From a virus (lineage: Duplodnaviria > Caudoviricetes), in IMG/VR virus record IMGVR_UViG_3300044470_000407, positions 1-44,044 of that record: a stretch of 44,044 bases of DNA; one strand, written 5' to 3'. Within the stretch, counting starts at the first letter, position 1. Each line of letters begins with the position of its first letter. The notes beneath the pieces are model-generated. The model did not search any database, was not told the DNA's origin, and saw nothing but the letters and a program-made list of their open reading frames with translations. A program made the translations under genes and the position numbers. Shown here piece after piece: positions 9,281-18,377 of this stretch.

Positions 9281-10102
9281 CTACTCCTTTATTGAGGTAA
9301 ATTGACCACATTCGGAAACACGGTGAAATTTGTTGACAACTTTTTTAAATGAAACAGAATTAAGCAGCTCTGTTAAATCTTTATCAAGAGTAATTTTGTT
9401 GTTTTGACAAGGCATCGCTGCATGATAAATAATTTGAACAATGTGTTTTTGATCAAACTTAGTTGAGAGAGTTTTGCAAGAAAAATGCAAAACTGAAAAA
9501 TCTAGGTCTGCCTCGCTCAGGTTTGCCCTACTCAGGTTTGCACCAATCAAGTTTGCACCACTCAGGTCTGCCCTACTCAGGTCTGCCTCGCTCAGATCTG
9601 CCCTACTCAGGTTTGCACCATACAGGTCTGCCCTACTCAGGTTTGCACCATACAGGTCTGCCCTACTCAGGTTTGCACCACTCAGGTTTGCACCAATCAG
9701 GTTTACACCACACAGGTCTGCCTCGCTCAGGTTTGCACCACTCAGGTTTGCACCAATCAGGTTTACACCACACAGGTTTGCCCTACTCAGGTTTGCACCA
9801 TACAGGTCTGCCTTACTCAGGTTTGCACTACCTAGGTTTGCACCACTCAGGTTTGCACCACTCAGGTTTGCACCACTCAGGTTTGCACCAATCAGGTTTA
9901 CACCACACAGGTCTGCACCAATCAAGTTTGCACCACTCAGGTTTGCACCACACAGGTCTGCCTCGCTCAGGTCTGCCTTACTCAGGTCTGCCTCGCTCAG
10001 GTCTTTTTTATCCTTCAAAGCTGCAATGACTGCTTGAAGAATTGTATTAAAATTCCCTTCAAAAATGATTGAATTGTTAAACCGGTTTTTGATCTGAATC
10101 AT
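9281..10102 (-). CDS. Pentapeptide repeat protein
   Basis: More than 30 tandem A[DN]Lxx units; SD AAGGAG. Confidence 0.95.
   Translation of the reverse strand: MIQIKNRFNNSIIFEGNFNTILQAVIAALKDKKDLSEADLSKADLSEADLCGANLSGANLIGADLCGVNLIGANLSGANLSGANLSGANLGSANLSKADLYGANLSRANLCGVNLIGANLSGANLSEADLCGVNLIGANLSGANLSRADLYGANLSRADLYGANLSRADLSEADLSRADLSGANLIGANLSRANLSEADLDFSVLHFSCKTLSTKFDQKHIVQIIYHAAMPCQNNKITLDKDLTELLNSVSFKKVVNKFHRVSECGQFTSIKE
9502..10004. repeat. 15-bp degenerate coding tandem repeat
   Basis: Units such as caggtttgcaccact encode the pentapeptide repeats. Confidence 0.9.
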
Positions 10103-10153
10103 AAAAACTCCTTATTTGAGGTGTTGGTAGTGTTTGTTTTCTTTATAATATTA

Positions 10154-10182
10154 AATATACTACTAAATAATAAAAAAGTAAA
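10154..10182 (-). promoter_or_regulatory. Sigma70-type promoter for the early/replication block
   Basis: TTTACT-N17-TATATT with an AT-rich upstream region. Confidence 0.6.
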
Positions 10183-10245
10183 GATATTTTTAATAAAAAT
10201 TAAAAATAGTTATAAACCCATAATTTTAATAGACTTATAGCCAAT

Positions 10246-10272
10246 AAAAAAGCCCGTTTTACCGGGCTTTTT
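10246..10272. terminator. Intrinsic terminator ending the late operon
   Basis: aaaaaagcccg-tttta-ccgggcttttt hairpin with A/T tracts on both sides. Confidence 0.85.
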
Positions 10273-10295
10273 ATTCTCTAAAAGAAAGATACAAA

Positions 10296-10910
10296 TTATT
10301 TATGCAGTGATTTGAACATCCCGCTAACAACCGCTTTTTGCTTATCAGCCGTTGTCATAGGCAAAGGAGCAGCGCCACCGAATGATTTACTGATATTAAA
10401 GGTTGCCCCTAAGCAGACTTTTCCACCGGAATAGGAAAAGACCCAATTGATATTTCCCAGGTTGGGTAGACCATATGACGCCAAAAGGTTGTTGATAAAA
10501 TCGGTTGACAAAGCTGATTTGACCGTATTGAGCAGTTGTTGCTCAGTTTGATTCACAAATTTGACGGAATCAATATTTGCACAAATACTGCACGTTGTGT
10601 TTGAACAATTGCCTGACCATTTTATGCTTTTCCAAGTGGCACAACTCGAAAGAATAGAAATCATTACAAACACCAAAAGCAATTTTGTAACATTGACAGC
10701 CGCTGGAGGTGTAGTATCACTTGAGCTGCCCAAAAAAGCCACTTTGAGCAGATAGGATACTCCCACACAAAGCGCGAGTATCCCATCAGTTTTAAGTTGC
10801 CCCGTGGTAGGCAGCACTCCAGATTGACTTGATTGAATTACTGCTGCACTGAAGGCAGCACCGGCTGCCATAAAAGCACCATGAAGCCATACTTTAACCT
10901 GTTTCCACAT
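10296..10910 (-). CDS. Holin-like membrane protein with an internal lipobox
   Basis: Two hydrophobic helices, then KLLLVFVMISILSSC; directly after the lysozyme. Confidence 0.55.
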   Translation of the reverse strand: MWKQVKVWLHGAFMAAGAAFSAAVIQSSQSGVLPTTGQLKTDGILALCVGVSYLLKVAFLGSSSDTTPPAAVNVTKLLLVFVMISILSSCATWKSIKWSGNCSNTTCSICANIDSVKFVNQTEQQLLNTVKSALSTDFINNLLASYGLPNLGNINWVFSYSGGKVCLGATFNISKSFGGAAPLPMTTADKQKAVVSGMFKSLHK

Positions 10911-10941
10911 AAAACCCTCCATTGAAAAAGTGAAAAGAAAA

Positions 10942-11391
10942 CTACACTATTAAAATATCAGAACATTCTTGAACTGCTGTCACTAATCGTATAGCCCGTA
11001 TGCCTACTTGCTTATACCATGCACTTTCTTTGAGTTGCACAGCAGCCTCTACATAATCCTTGGCGTTTATCGCTGCTATGAAATGATGAAATCCTTCAAG
11101 CCGCTTTGGCCCCATATTAAAAATTAAATTGACAATTACTTCTTGAATCGTTTCTGGCATTATGTCCAGTGCTGGAAACATGATTTGAGCCTGTGTTATT
11201 GCATGGTCAAGATCGTGTTGAAAAAGTTGCTTGCATCTCTCATCTGAAATTTCACTACCTTCAGGAATATTGTCGCTCGGCAAGATCAAATGGCCAATCC
11301 CTATCGTGGGTAGCCCCACTGAATCCCGGTAAACAGTCAATTGTTTCCCCTCATCAATAATGAGCTGGTCCATTATTTTTTGACGATTCAT
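10942..11391 (-). CDS. Endolysin, T4-like lysozyme (GH24)
   Basis: DEG...YRDSVGLPTIGIGHL, FNMG, SAWYKQVGIRA. Start set at ATG 11391 (SD GGAG). Confidence 0.92.
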   Translation of the reverse strand: MNRQKIMDQLIIDEGKQLTVYRDSVGLPTIGIGHLILPSDNIPEGSEISDERCKQLFQHDLDHAITQAQIMFPALDIMPETIQEVIVNLIFNMGPKRLEGFHHFIAAINAKDYVEAAVQLKESAWYKQVGIRAIRLVTAVQECSDILIV

Positions 11392-11483
11392 TTTAGCTTC
11401 TCCGTTCGTTTCAACATCAATTCCCTGAATACCGCAGCGTCCTCTTTGAGGATGAGAAGGGGGAGAAGTAAGAATCGTTTCAT
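11388..11483 (-). CDS. 31-aa chimeric gene stub
   Basis: MKRFLLLPLLILKEDAAVFRELMLKRTEKLK; ATGA overlaps at both ends. Confidence 0.5.
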   Translation of the reverse strand: MKRFLLLPLLILKEDAAVFRELMLKRTEKLK

Positions 11484-11788
11484 TTTGCACCTTTCATTTC
11501 CAGAAGGTCAAGATTTCCTTTGATAATAGAAAGCCGCTCTTTGATGAGTTCAATATCTCGTAGTTCCGCTTTCATAACGGAGTCAATCATGGGCTGCAAT
11601 TCTCTTGCTGATTTTGCTATCACTGCGTCAAGAATGGCGTCGGCAGCTTTCCAATCAAATTGAACGACTACAGTATCCTTAGCTTTCTGCTCAGTAACAT
11701 AGACCCTGCTTGCTTCGTCAAAAGCCCCAGGCCACGCGCTCGCTGCCAATGTTAGGATAAGCGCGGAAAATAAAATAAGGCATTTCAT
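11480..11788 (-). CDS. Signal-peptide protein
   Basis: MKCLILFSALILTLAASA. Confidence 0.65.
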   Translation of the reverse strand: MKCLILFSALILTLAASAWPGAFDEASRVYVTEQKAKDTVVVQFDWKAADAILDAVIAKSARELQPMIDSVMKAELRDIELIKERLSIIKGNLDLLEMKGAK

Positions 11789-11795
11789 AGTTTAC

Positions 11796-12011
11796 TCACT
11801 TCTGTATTTTAAAAACCTTGACCCAGTGCGTCGCGGGCATCCGAAACCGCTCTACCCTGTAGTAAACCTCGACGCAGCGTGGCTTGCTCAACACTTTTTC
11901 GATTGTCGTATCCGCGCACGTGTCGCAGTGCCAGTACGGGCTTGAGACGATGCTGTCATCGGCTGATATGATCAGCGATAAGGCAAAAAACAGGAGAAAG
12001 AGTTTTGTCAT
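11796..12011 (-). CDS. Signal-peptide protein
   Basis: MTKLFLLFFALSLIISA; contains CDTC. Confidence 0.6.
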   Translation of the reverse strand: MTKLFLLFFALSLIISADDSIVSSPYWHCDTCADTTIEKVLSKPRCVEVYYRVERFRMPATHWVKVFKIQK

Positions 12012-12373
12012 TTCAGCTTCGGTTCCGTTCGCTTCAAAAGTTCCTTGAATGCCGCCGCGTTTTCCTTAATTATACTGTCCCTTTCCGCAACATCCTTACT
12101 TTTCTTCTCAATCAAATCGCTGTTATGCTTGTCAGCCGTTGCCGTCAAAACCGAGACTGACGACTGTATCTGCATTGCCCAAAACACGATTCCGCCTGTA
12201 ATAGTAAAAGAGCCGATTATTATTGTGAAAATGGTTATGGCGTTGAATGTAATTTTTCTCGCAAAAGTCAACCCGCATATTACATACTGTTCCTCGTGCG
12301 CCTTTTTGACTATTTCTTGAATGCAGAGTTCATCACCCGCGCTCAGTACCCGGCGATTTGTTCCAGGTGCCAT
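12008..12373 (-). CDS. Single-TM membrane protein
   Basis: Hydrophobic ITIFTIIIGSFTITGGIVFW followed by a coiled coil. Confidence 0.65.
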   Translation of the reverse strand: MAPGTNRRVLSAGDELCIQEIVKKAHEEQYVICGLTFARKITFNAITIFTIIIGSFTITGGIVFWAMQIQSSVSVLTATADKHNSDLIEKKSKDVAERDSIIKENAAAFKELLKRTEPKLK

Positions 12374-12381
12374 ATCAATCC

Positions 12382-12777
12382 CTATTTTATTTTCCTAACA
12401 AGAGTATTCAGTACAGCCATTACTTCGTTTATGCCTTCAGTTACCGCAGCCTTCTGCCCGCGCTCAAGGGTCATAACCCGCACCTCAAGCAGGCTAAGCC
12501 GATCTGACTGTTGCTCAAAACCATTGCGAAACTCTGTTATCATTGTGTCAAGCTTTTCTTGGTGTTTACGCATGAGATCCTCAAGCACGGCCATTTTCGT
12601 GACCATGTTCGGACAGGTACACGTTCCGCCCTCAATTTCTTTTCGGAAATTGGAAAGTTCTAACTTGAGTTCCGCTCTCGTCACCGGCTGCTTCATAGCT
12701 TCTTTCTCCTGTTGTTTTTCGTTATCCAAATCAACCCGATCAAAAACTGTTTCTTCCTGCACCAAAAGCGTAGACAC
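12382..12777 (-). CDS. Coiled-coil hypothetical protein
   Basis: ORF with heptad pattern. Confidence 0.6.
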   Translation of the reverse strand: MSTLLVQEETVFDRVDLDNEKQQEKEAMKQPVTRAELKLELSNFRKEIEGGTCTCPNMVTKMAVLEDLMRKHQEKLDTMITEFRNGFEQQSDRLSLLEVRVMTLERGQKAAVTEGINEVMAVLNTLVRKIK

Positions 12778-12841
12778 ATACGAGACTTACCATCAGGCGA
12801 GTAGATCCATTTGTGAAGGCCGCATATGCAGATAGGGTGCT

Positions 12842-13198
12842 TCATTTCAATCCTACGCCTAACCTGTTTTTCGTCTTTACAATCACGTTCGCCCTGATCG
12901 TGCTGTCGAGTGCTCGCATGCCCGTGCCAAGGTTTTTATACCGGAAAATTATCGCGTTCATCTGCACCACGTCCGACGTATCCTGTGTGAGCAGGGCGAC
13001 GATCTGCGGATTTATCGGAACTATGATATCGCCGTTTGTAGCCATGTTAAACATGATAGGCTTCTAGATGATCTGTGCCGTATCTATCGCGGTGAGCGTG
13101 TATGTCAACGCCCCGTCGATCTTTGGCGTTGGCGTTGACAGGCTATCAACAGCAAAAAGAACCGACGCGAGGCAGAAGAGGATGAGAAGTACTTTCAT
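12842..13198 (-). pseudogene. Signal-peptide protein with an in-frame TAG at 13064-13066
   Basis: MKVLLILFCLASVLFA...AQII*KPIMFNMATNG..., same frame across the stop. Confidence 0.55.
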
Positions 13199-13401
13199 TT
13201 GAGACCTACTTTCTTTTTCAACATGTTGATTTCTTGCTGTTGCTCTTTCACCGCGTTGACCAGGGCCGCAATCATGGCCCTATCGGAAAAACTATAATAT
13301 CCGTCTTTGCCGATTGGCGTTGCTTCCGGTATCCCAGCCTTTTCAACATCCTGGGCAAAACAGAACGCCGTAAGAATAAAAAGACAGAGAATTGTTTTCA
13401 T
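13195..13401 (-). CDS. Signal peptide joined to the C-terminal part of an S74-type tail-fibre chaperone
   Basis: MKTILCLFILTAFCF-AQDVEK..IPEA...IAALVNAVKEQQQEI. Confidence 0.6.
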   Translation of the reverse strand: MKTILCLFILTAFCFAQDVEKAGIPEATPIGKDGYYSFSDRAMIAALVNAVKEQQQEINMLKKKVGLK

Positions 13402-13413
13402 TTTGCTCCTTTG

Positions 13414-15174
13414 TTAGTAGTCAGTGTAGTATGTTAAAGTTCCGGATACTTGTTTCATTGTTGTTCCCCCTGCCCATGTTCCCATTGACCCATATGCGCT
13501 GACATAAAATGAAACGGTGTTAGATGATGCCGGGATACCGTATGATCCAAAACTATAAGTCCCATTATCAAACCTGTTAATAATACCTGTCTCGCGCATG
13601 TTAGATTGATTTGCATAGGGTAAGGTCATCCCACACAAAATGCTGTTTGTGATTCCTGATATAAAAAAATGCACGTCAACTCTCCGTCCAACTCTCACAT
13701 AATAAACTTCAGCTGTTGATATAGATGCCCACCCAACTGGGGAATATGACCCGCTCCAATTTTGCCAAGTGTCTGTATGTATATCCGACCCTGACAGAAC
13801 AACGTCACCACCTGTTTGAGTCATTGGCCCACTGAAATGATTTCCAGAATAGTCTTGTTTAAAATAATATCCACTTCCAAACCCTTTAACTGTGAACGTA
13901 TCTGTGTTTGAATACAAAGTAAACCAAGAAGATCCAGTATCAATTAATGATGCATGACCTGCAGTAATTAAATATGATCCAATCAATCTCCAATTGTTTG
14001 AAGGGCCGACATTTGTTGATCCGGCATATTGAGCTAATGCTCCACTTGGTGCGGTTAAAAGAGGAAGAACATGACAAGGATAAGAGCCATCAATCCTCAC
14101 GTTCCCTGATATGTGGGCGCTACCGTTGACGGAAAGGGTGGAGTCTGGCACTGCCGTGCAGATGCCGACGTTGCCGCCATATAGCTGAAGACATAGATGT
14201 CCCAGACGATCCTGCCCATAATTGCCTGTCTGTATAAATGCAATACGAGTAGCATTTGTGGGTTCTCCAAGGATACCAAAAGTCAGCATGAATGGATTAC
14301 TGGCATATGCCTCGCTTGTGGTCAAATTAAGAACGTCTACTTCTGTATTATATGTTTTCAAATTTCCATCGGATATGTCAAGCGGAAAAATCGGGACAGT
14401 CTTGCCGATGCCGATATTCCCATTATCATAAATTGAACTGTTCCCAACCGTATTTGCCCCGGTGAATTTAGCCAGGTAATTCGTCGTGCCGGAAACGGCA
14501 GCGGAGCTTTTTGCAGCAGTATCACAATAATGACAAACTTTTGACGTATCAGCCTTGTGTGTGTTTTTCGAGGAATCAGAGAATACGCTTCTTTGACTTT
14601 TGATAGCAGTATCTGCTTTATGAGCATTGGTTGTACTATCAGAAAAATACGATTTTACAGCCGTATCTGCTTTGTGGCTTGCAAATGCAGAATCGGCGTA
14701 ATGGGCCTTTACAGCCGTATCCGCCTTGTGTGTGTTTTTCGAGGAATCAGAGAATACGCTTCTTTGACTTTTGATAGCAGTATCTGCTTTATGAGCATTG
14801 GTTGTACTATCAGAAAAATACGATTTTACAGCCGTATCTGCTTTGTGGCTTGCAAATGCAGAATCGGCGTAATGGGCCTTTACAGCCGTATCCGCCTTGT
14901 GTGTGTTTTTCGAGGAATCAGCAAAGTGACTTGCTCGTGAAGTATCCGCCCGTGTTGTATAAGCCGAAACCCGTGACGTGTCACTTTTATAAGCAGCACG
15001 CACTGAATCAGGTTTTGAAACTGATATTATCTTTCCGCTTGCGCTTGTCCCTAGAAACGACGCGGATTTCACCGCAGAGTCTGTAAGGGAGTCTCGAAAC
15101 ATCCCAGCGGTCCAAGAGGTAGGTGGATTGATAGCAAAGCAACACGTTGACAAAATTAGAATGAATTTCAGCAT
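13414..15174 (-). CDS. Tail fibre-like protein with N-terminal signal-like peptide
   Basis: AD[TS]A nonad repeats, GNIGIG/GNVGI beta repeats, and tip-like YVRVGRRVDVHF. Confidence 0.7.
   Translation of the reverse strand: MLKFILILSTCCFAINPPTSWTAGMFRDSLTDSAVKSASFLGTSASGKIISVSKPDSVRAAYKSDTSRVSAYTTRADTSRASHFADSSKNTHKADTAVKAHYADSAFASHKADTAVKSYFSDSTTNAHKADTAIKSQRSVFSDSSKNTHKADTAVKAHYADSAFASHKADTAVKSYFSDSTTNAHKADTAIKSQRSVFSDSSKNTHKADTSKVCHYCDTAAKSSAAVSGTTNYLAKFTGANTVGNSSIYDNGNIGIGKTVPIFPLDISDGNLKTYNTEVDVLNLTTSEAYASNPFMLTFGILGEPTNATRIAFIQTGNYGQDRLGHLCLQLYGGNVGICTAVPDSTLSVNGSAHISGNVRIDGSYPCHVLPLLTAPSGALAQYAGSTNVGPSNNWRLIGSYLITAGHASLIDTGSSWFTLYSNTDTFTVKGFGSGYYFKQDYSGNHFSGPMTQTGGDVVLSGSDIHTDTWQNWSGSYSPVGWASISTAEVYYVRVGRRVDVHFFISGITNSILCGMTLPYANQSNMRETGIINRFDNGTYSFGSYGIPASSNTVSFYVSAYGSMGTWAGGTTMKQVSGTLTYYTDY
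14552..14921. repeat. 171-bp (57-codon) tandem duplication
   Basis: gccttgtgtgtgtttttcgaggaatcag recurs at 14552, 14723 and 14894. Confidence 0.9.
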
Positions 15175-15179
15175 AATTT

Positions 15180-15485
15180 TTACTCCGGTATAGGGTCTGA
15201 CAAACTTATAACATAAACAAAAGGATCACTGTCCTCTGATTTTTTTCTGAATTTTAGCCATCCATTGATAGGATCAAACCAAAATCTGCCAGAACCAGAA
15301 ATAGCCGGTAAATTTGTATTTGAATATGGTACATTGCTCCCTGGCATTGGGGCAGAAACATATGTTAATTGCGTGGTAGAACTATCCTTGACAAGTATAG
15401 TGCCAGCTGCCGGTATAGTGCCACCTGGGACAGCCGTTGGCACTCCTATACGTATTGCTAGTTCTTGTTCTACTATGCTTGCCAT
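15180..15485 (-). CDS. Small tail-associated protein
   Basis: Position in the tail operon; GRFWFDPINGWLK. Confidence 0.55.
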   Translation of the reverse strand: MASIVEQELAIRIGVPTAVPGGTIPAAGTILVKDSSTTQLTYVSAPMPGSNVPYSNTNLPAISGSGRFWFDPINGWLKFRKKSEDSDPFVYVISLSDPIPE

Positions 15486-15486
15486 T

Positions 15487-17484
15487 TTAGTATGTGTCCA
15501 CGTTTAAAAGGCCCAACATGTTGGCCTGAATCTCATTTGCAAATTTTGTTGGATTTAATTGCACTTTATTATGAGTTACAATGGTATAATCACCATTATT
15601 TGAAAAGCCTGGATCAGGATCATATACCAATGTCCCGCTGTCTTCTTGCCCATTACCCCAAACAACCACTGAGGCAGAATCAGTCACATAAACATCTATT
15701 CTTGCCGTTGACAAACTAGTTCCAGCAGGGAAAGTTACATTTTGAACAACTAAATTACCACCGGGAATGGCCACAGAGGGTACACTGGCTGATGCTTGAG
15801 AAAGTCCTGTTCCATAAAGATCAAACATTAATTCAGGGCACTGCGTCCATTCAATTTTGACTTGTCCGGCTTCAATCCCAACAAAAGTCTTTTTCGTTAT
15901 TTTGAAATAGTCGTCAATTCCATATTCCGCATGCGTGATGTGCCAAATGTCATTTATCAGCGCTGTCATAAGGCCGATTTTGCAGACAGTTGAAATTGTG
16001 ATAATGGGCCATGATTCACGCTTGGCTATTTCCAACAATCGGACCGAAACAGTATCAGGAAAAATAAGACAAGACAAATCATAATCTTTTGACCGCGTCG
16101 TCTGAGTTATTGCAATATTTGCTTCATTTCGGAAAAAAGCTTGTAGGGTGGCATAGCTATCCGCAAAAGAAGTAAATTTGCCATGAAATTCATTTATTGT
16201 ATCATCATAGGTTTTGAATGTTGGTTTGAAGTCATCAAAGTCATCCGTAACAAGAAGCGGCACGCCGTTGGAATCAATATTTACATTACTCGAAAGAGTA
16301 ATTCCACCTATACGGCCTTGGGTTGTGACCCTATTTGAATCATTTACTGTAAGATAGAATTTACCATCATTATCTGTTGTTAAAATACAGTCTGTCCAAT
16401 CCATTACTTTTTTGATCATGTCTTTTGCTGCCGTCTTGTCGGAAAATTGACAATTCACACCATACGGCTTAGTTGTTGTATTCAAAAAGAAGGTATGGAC
16501 GTTCTGAAAAGATGCAACATTTATATCAGGGTTTGCGCTGGTCAGATCAGAAGAAAGCCCAAGCCCATAAAAACCATTGGTGAGTAAATCCCAGATTACA
16601 GAAGCGGGATTGTTGCCAAGATTTCGAGACAAAACAATACTACACTGATAGGGAACGCCGCTGCCACTAAAATTTAATGGCGTTCCTCCGAGTGTTGCAG
16701 CCAATTGACAAACCATCTGATTAGGAGATAAATCGGTTGTCCAAAGAGCATTGACAACATAATAGATGGTATTAGTCGTGAGGCCCGATGGTATAACATG
16801 GATTGTTGTATCGTAAAAAACAAGCTTCATTCCGTTACTAATTGAGTCTTTTGATCGGCTCGTACTGAAATGAAGAGCGCCAGGAGTTCCGCCTTGGATA
16901 AATACAGGGAAGGTCTGATAGGCTGAAACAATAGGTGGATAAGATGCCGGATAAAAAATGTCGTCTGATGTCCCTAACCCTGTAGAAAGAACCCTTGTTG
17001 TGTCATATTGAATTTTCGGTACTTTATTTGTTAAATCAATAGGAATGTTGTCTGCTGCCAAACACTGATAATGCGCTATGCCGTGTAGGGCAGAAAGATA
17101 GGGTAGCAGGGTAAGTGCCCCATTTGTTGGGTCTTTGTCGTAAATATCAGGAACAATTTCCATTGTTCCGTCATTAAAACGATCTTTGACATATGCTGTA
17201 CCATCTGGCGCGCAAAGCTGTTTGCTGTCTATGACAATGGCGTTAAGAATTATTTTTCCATGGCAAATAGCTTGCCACAAAGCAACTTCCCACTGAGTAG
17301 TCATAAAGCCTGGTACTTGTTTTTGCTCAGCGTTGATGTCACTTATGATAGTTCCCTCAACAAAAGAATTACCATACACTATGGGAACCGGCTTAGGGAC
17401 ACCCGAAAAGAATTGCAGTCCTGGTGGTGCGGTGACTGACAAGACAGGGTTGAGAGTTGTTCCGCTACACAATTGAGAAATCAT
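15487..17484 (-). CDS. Central tail tip / host specificity protein
   Basis: PVPIVYG and NPASVIWDLLTNGFYGLG motifs. Confidence 0.8.
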   Translation of the reverse strand: MISQLCSGTTLNPVLSVTAPPGLQFFSGVPKPVPIVYGNSFVEGTIISDINAEQKQVPGFMTTQWEVALWQAICHGKIILNAIVIDSKQLCAPDGTAYVKDRFNDGTMEIVPDIYDKDPTNGALTLLPYLSALHGIAHYQCLAADNIPIDLTNKVPKIQYDTTRVLSTGLGTSDDIFYPASYPPIVSAYQTFPVFIQGGTPGALHFSTSRSKDSISNGMKLVFYDTTIHVIPSGLTTNTIYYVVNALWTTDLSPNQMVCQLAATLGGTPLNFSGSGVPYQCSIVLSRNLGNNPASVIWDLLTNGFYGLGLSSDLTSANPDINVASFQNVHTFFLNTTTKPYGVNCQFSDKTAAKDMIKKVMDWTDCILTTDNDGKFYLTVNDSNRVTTQGRIGGITLSSNVNIDSNGVPLLVTDDFDDFKPTFKTYDDTINEFHGKFTSFADSYATLQAFFRNEANIAITQTTRSKDYDLSCLIFPDTVSVRLLEIAKRESWPIITISTVCKIGLMTALINDIWHITHAEYGIDDYFKITKKTFVGIEAGQVKIEWTQCPELMFDLYGTGLSQASASVPSVAIPGGNLVVQNVTFPAGTSLSTARIDVYVTDSASVVVWGNGQEDSGTLVYDPDPGFSNNGDYTIVTHNKVQLNPTKFANEIQANMLGLLNVDTY

Positions 17485-18377
17485 GTCCCCACCGCCATAA
17501 TTGTTGGATCTGCTGCAGGCATATAAGGCATTCCGGTAAAATTAAAAATATTTCCATTATCAATTTTTGCTGCTGGAATAGTAGTGCCAAAAACAGTTGA
17601 GCAGTAAAGTCCAGTTTTATCACAACCAGCTATGAGTACCAAAGAAATCACTCCAGAAACTATTCCCGTAAAAGGATAGTGCAAATAGATGACTTTAACA
17701 AGATGATTTGTGATAAATCTTATCTCCCCATTATATGTTGCTTGCCCTAACGTCCACAACCCTTTCACAGTGCTTCCATCGGGAAAATTGAAATAGTGCC
17801 TGAAAGGAAAATCAGACAAAATACCATTGTAGTCACTATCATTAATTGTCAGTTTATATCCGTTTTGACTTACGGTTGCAGAAACAGTATACTGATAATT
17901 GCTTTTTAACATAGTACATTTTGCATCAAAAAGAGTATTATTGCATTGTGCTTGAAAAAATACTCTTGGAAGATCCTTTTCAAGGTAATACATTTTTGAG
18001 GCACATTGAGCAATCGCTTCTCCAACATTTTTCTCTATAGACAAAATCAAGCCGTTAAAAATGGATTGATGCGTTTTATCTGCAAGAAACATTTTAATTA
18101 TTGATACGTTGATTTGCCCACCGAAAATAAGATTATTTGCAAATGTATTCAATACTGGCGCTGTTATTTGCATCTTATTTGAAGCCAAGGTATCATCATT
18201 TTCAAACTCACTGCGCTGAATAGGAATATGAGTATACGCATAACCATCGTATGTTTCTGAAGTAAGAATATCCCGTTCAAATGAGGTAAAATACAAATTT
18301 GATCCGTCACTGAATGAGAATATATACAACTCAGCGGAAGTGCTTTGTTCTCGGTCAAATATATTATCATTAAACAT
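17481..18377 (-). CDS. Tail hub protein (DUF2163/BR0599-like)
   Basis: ELYIF, QCNNTLFDAKC, AGCDKT...C, NFTGMPYMP. Confidence 0.85.
   Translation of the reverse strand: MFNDNIFDREQSTSAELYIFSFSDGSNLYFTSFERDILTSETYDGYAYTHIPIQRSEFENDDTLASNKMQITAPVLNTFANNLIFGGQINVSIIKMFLADKTHQSIFNGLILSIEKNVGEAIAQCASKMYYLEKDLPRVFFQAQCNNTLFDAKCTMLKSNYQYTVSATVSQNGYKLTINDSDYNGILSDFPFRHYFNFPDGSTVKGLWTLGQATYNGEIRFITNHLVKVIYLHYPFTGIVSGVISLVLIAGCDKTGLYCSTVFGTTIPAAKIDNGNIFNFTGMPYMPAADPTIMAVGT

Noticed and set aside
9463-10037. Plus-strand repetitive ORFs (188 and 187 aa)
   Set aside because: Antisense shadows of the pentapeptide repeat gene.
11391-11490. N-terminal extension of the endolysin as called by the ORF track
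   Set aside because: Better SD and ATG at 11391; the region is explained by the 31-aa stub in another frame.
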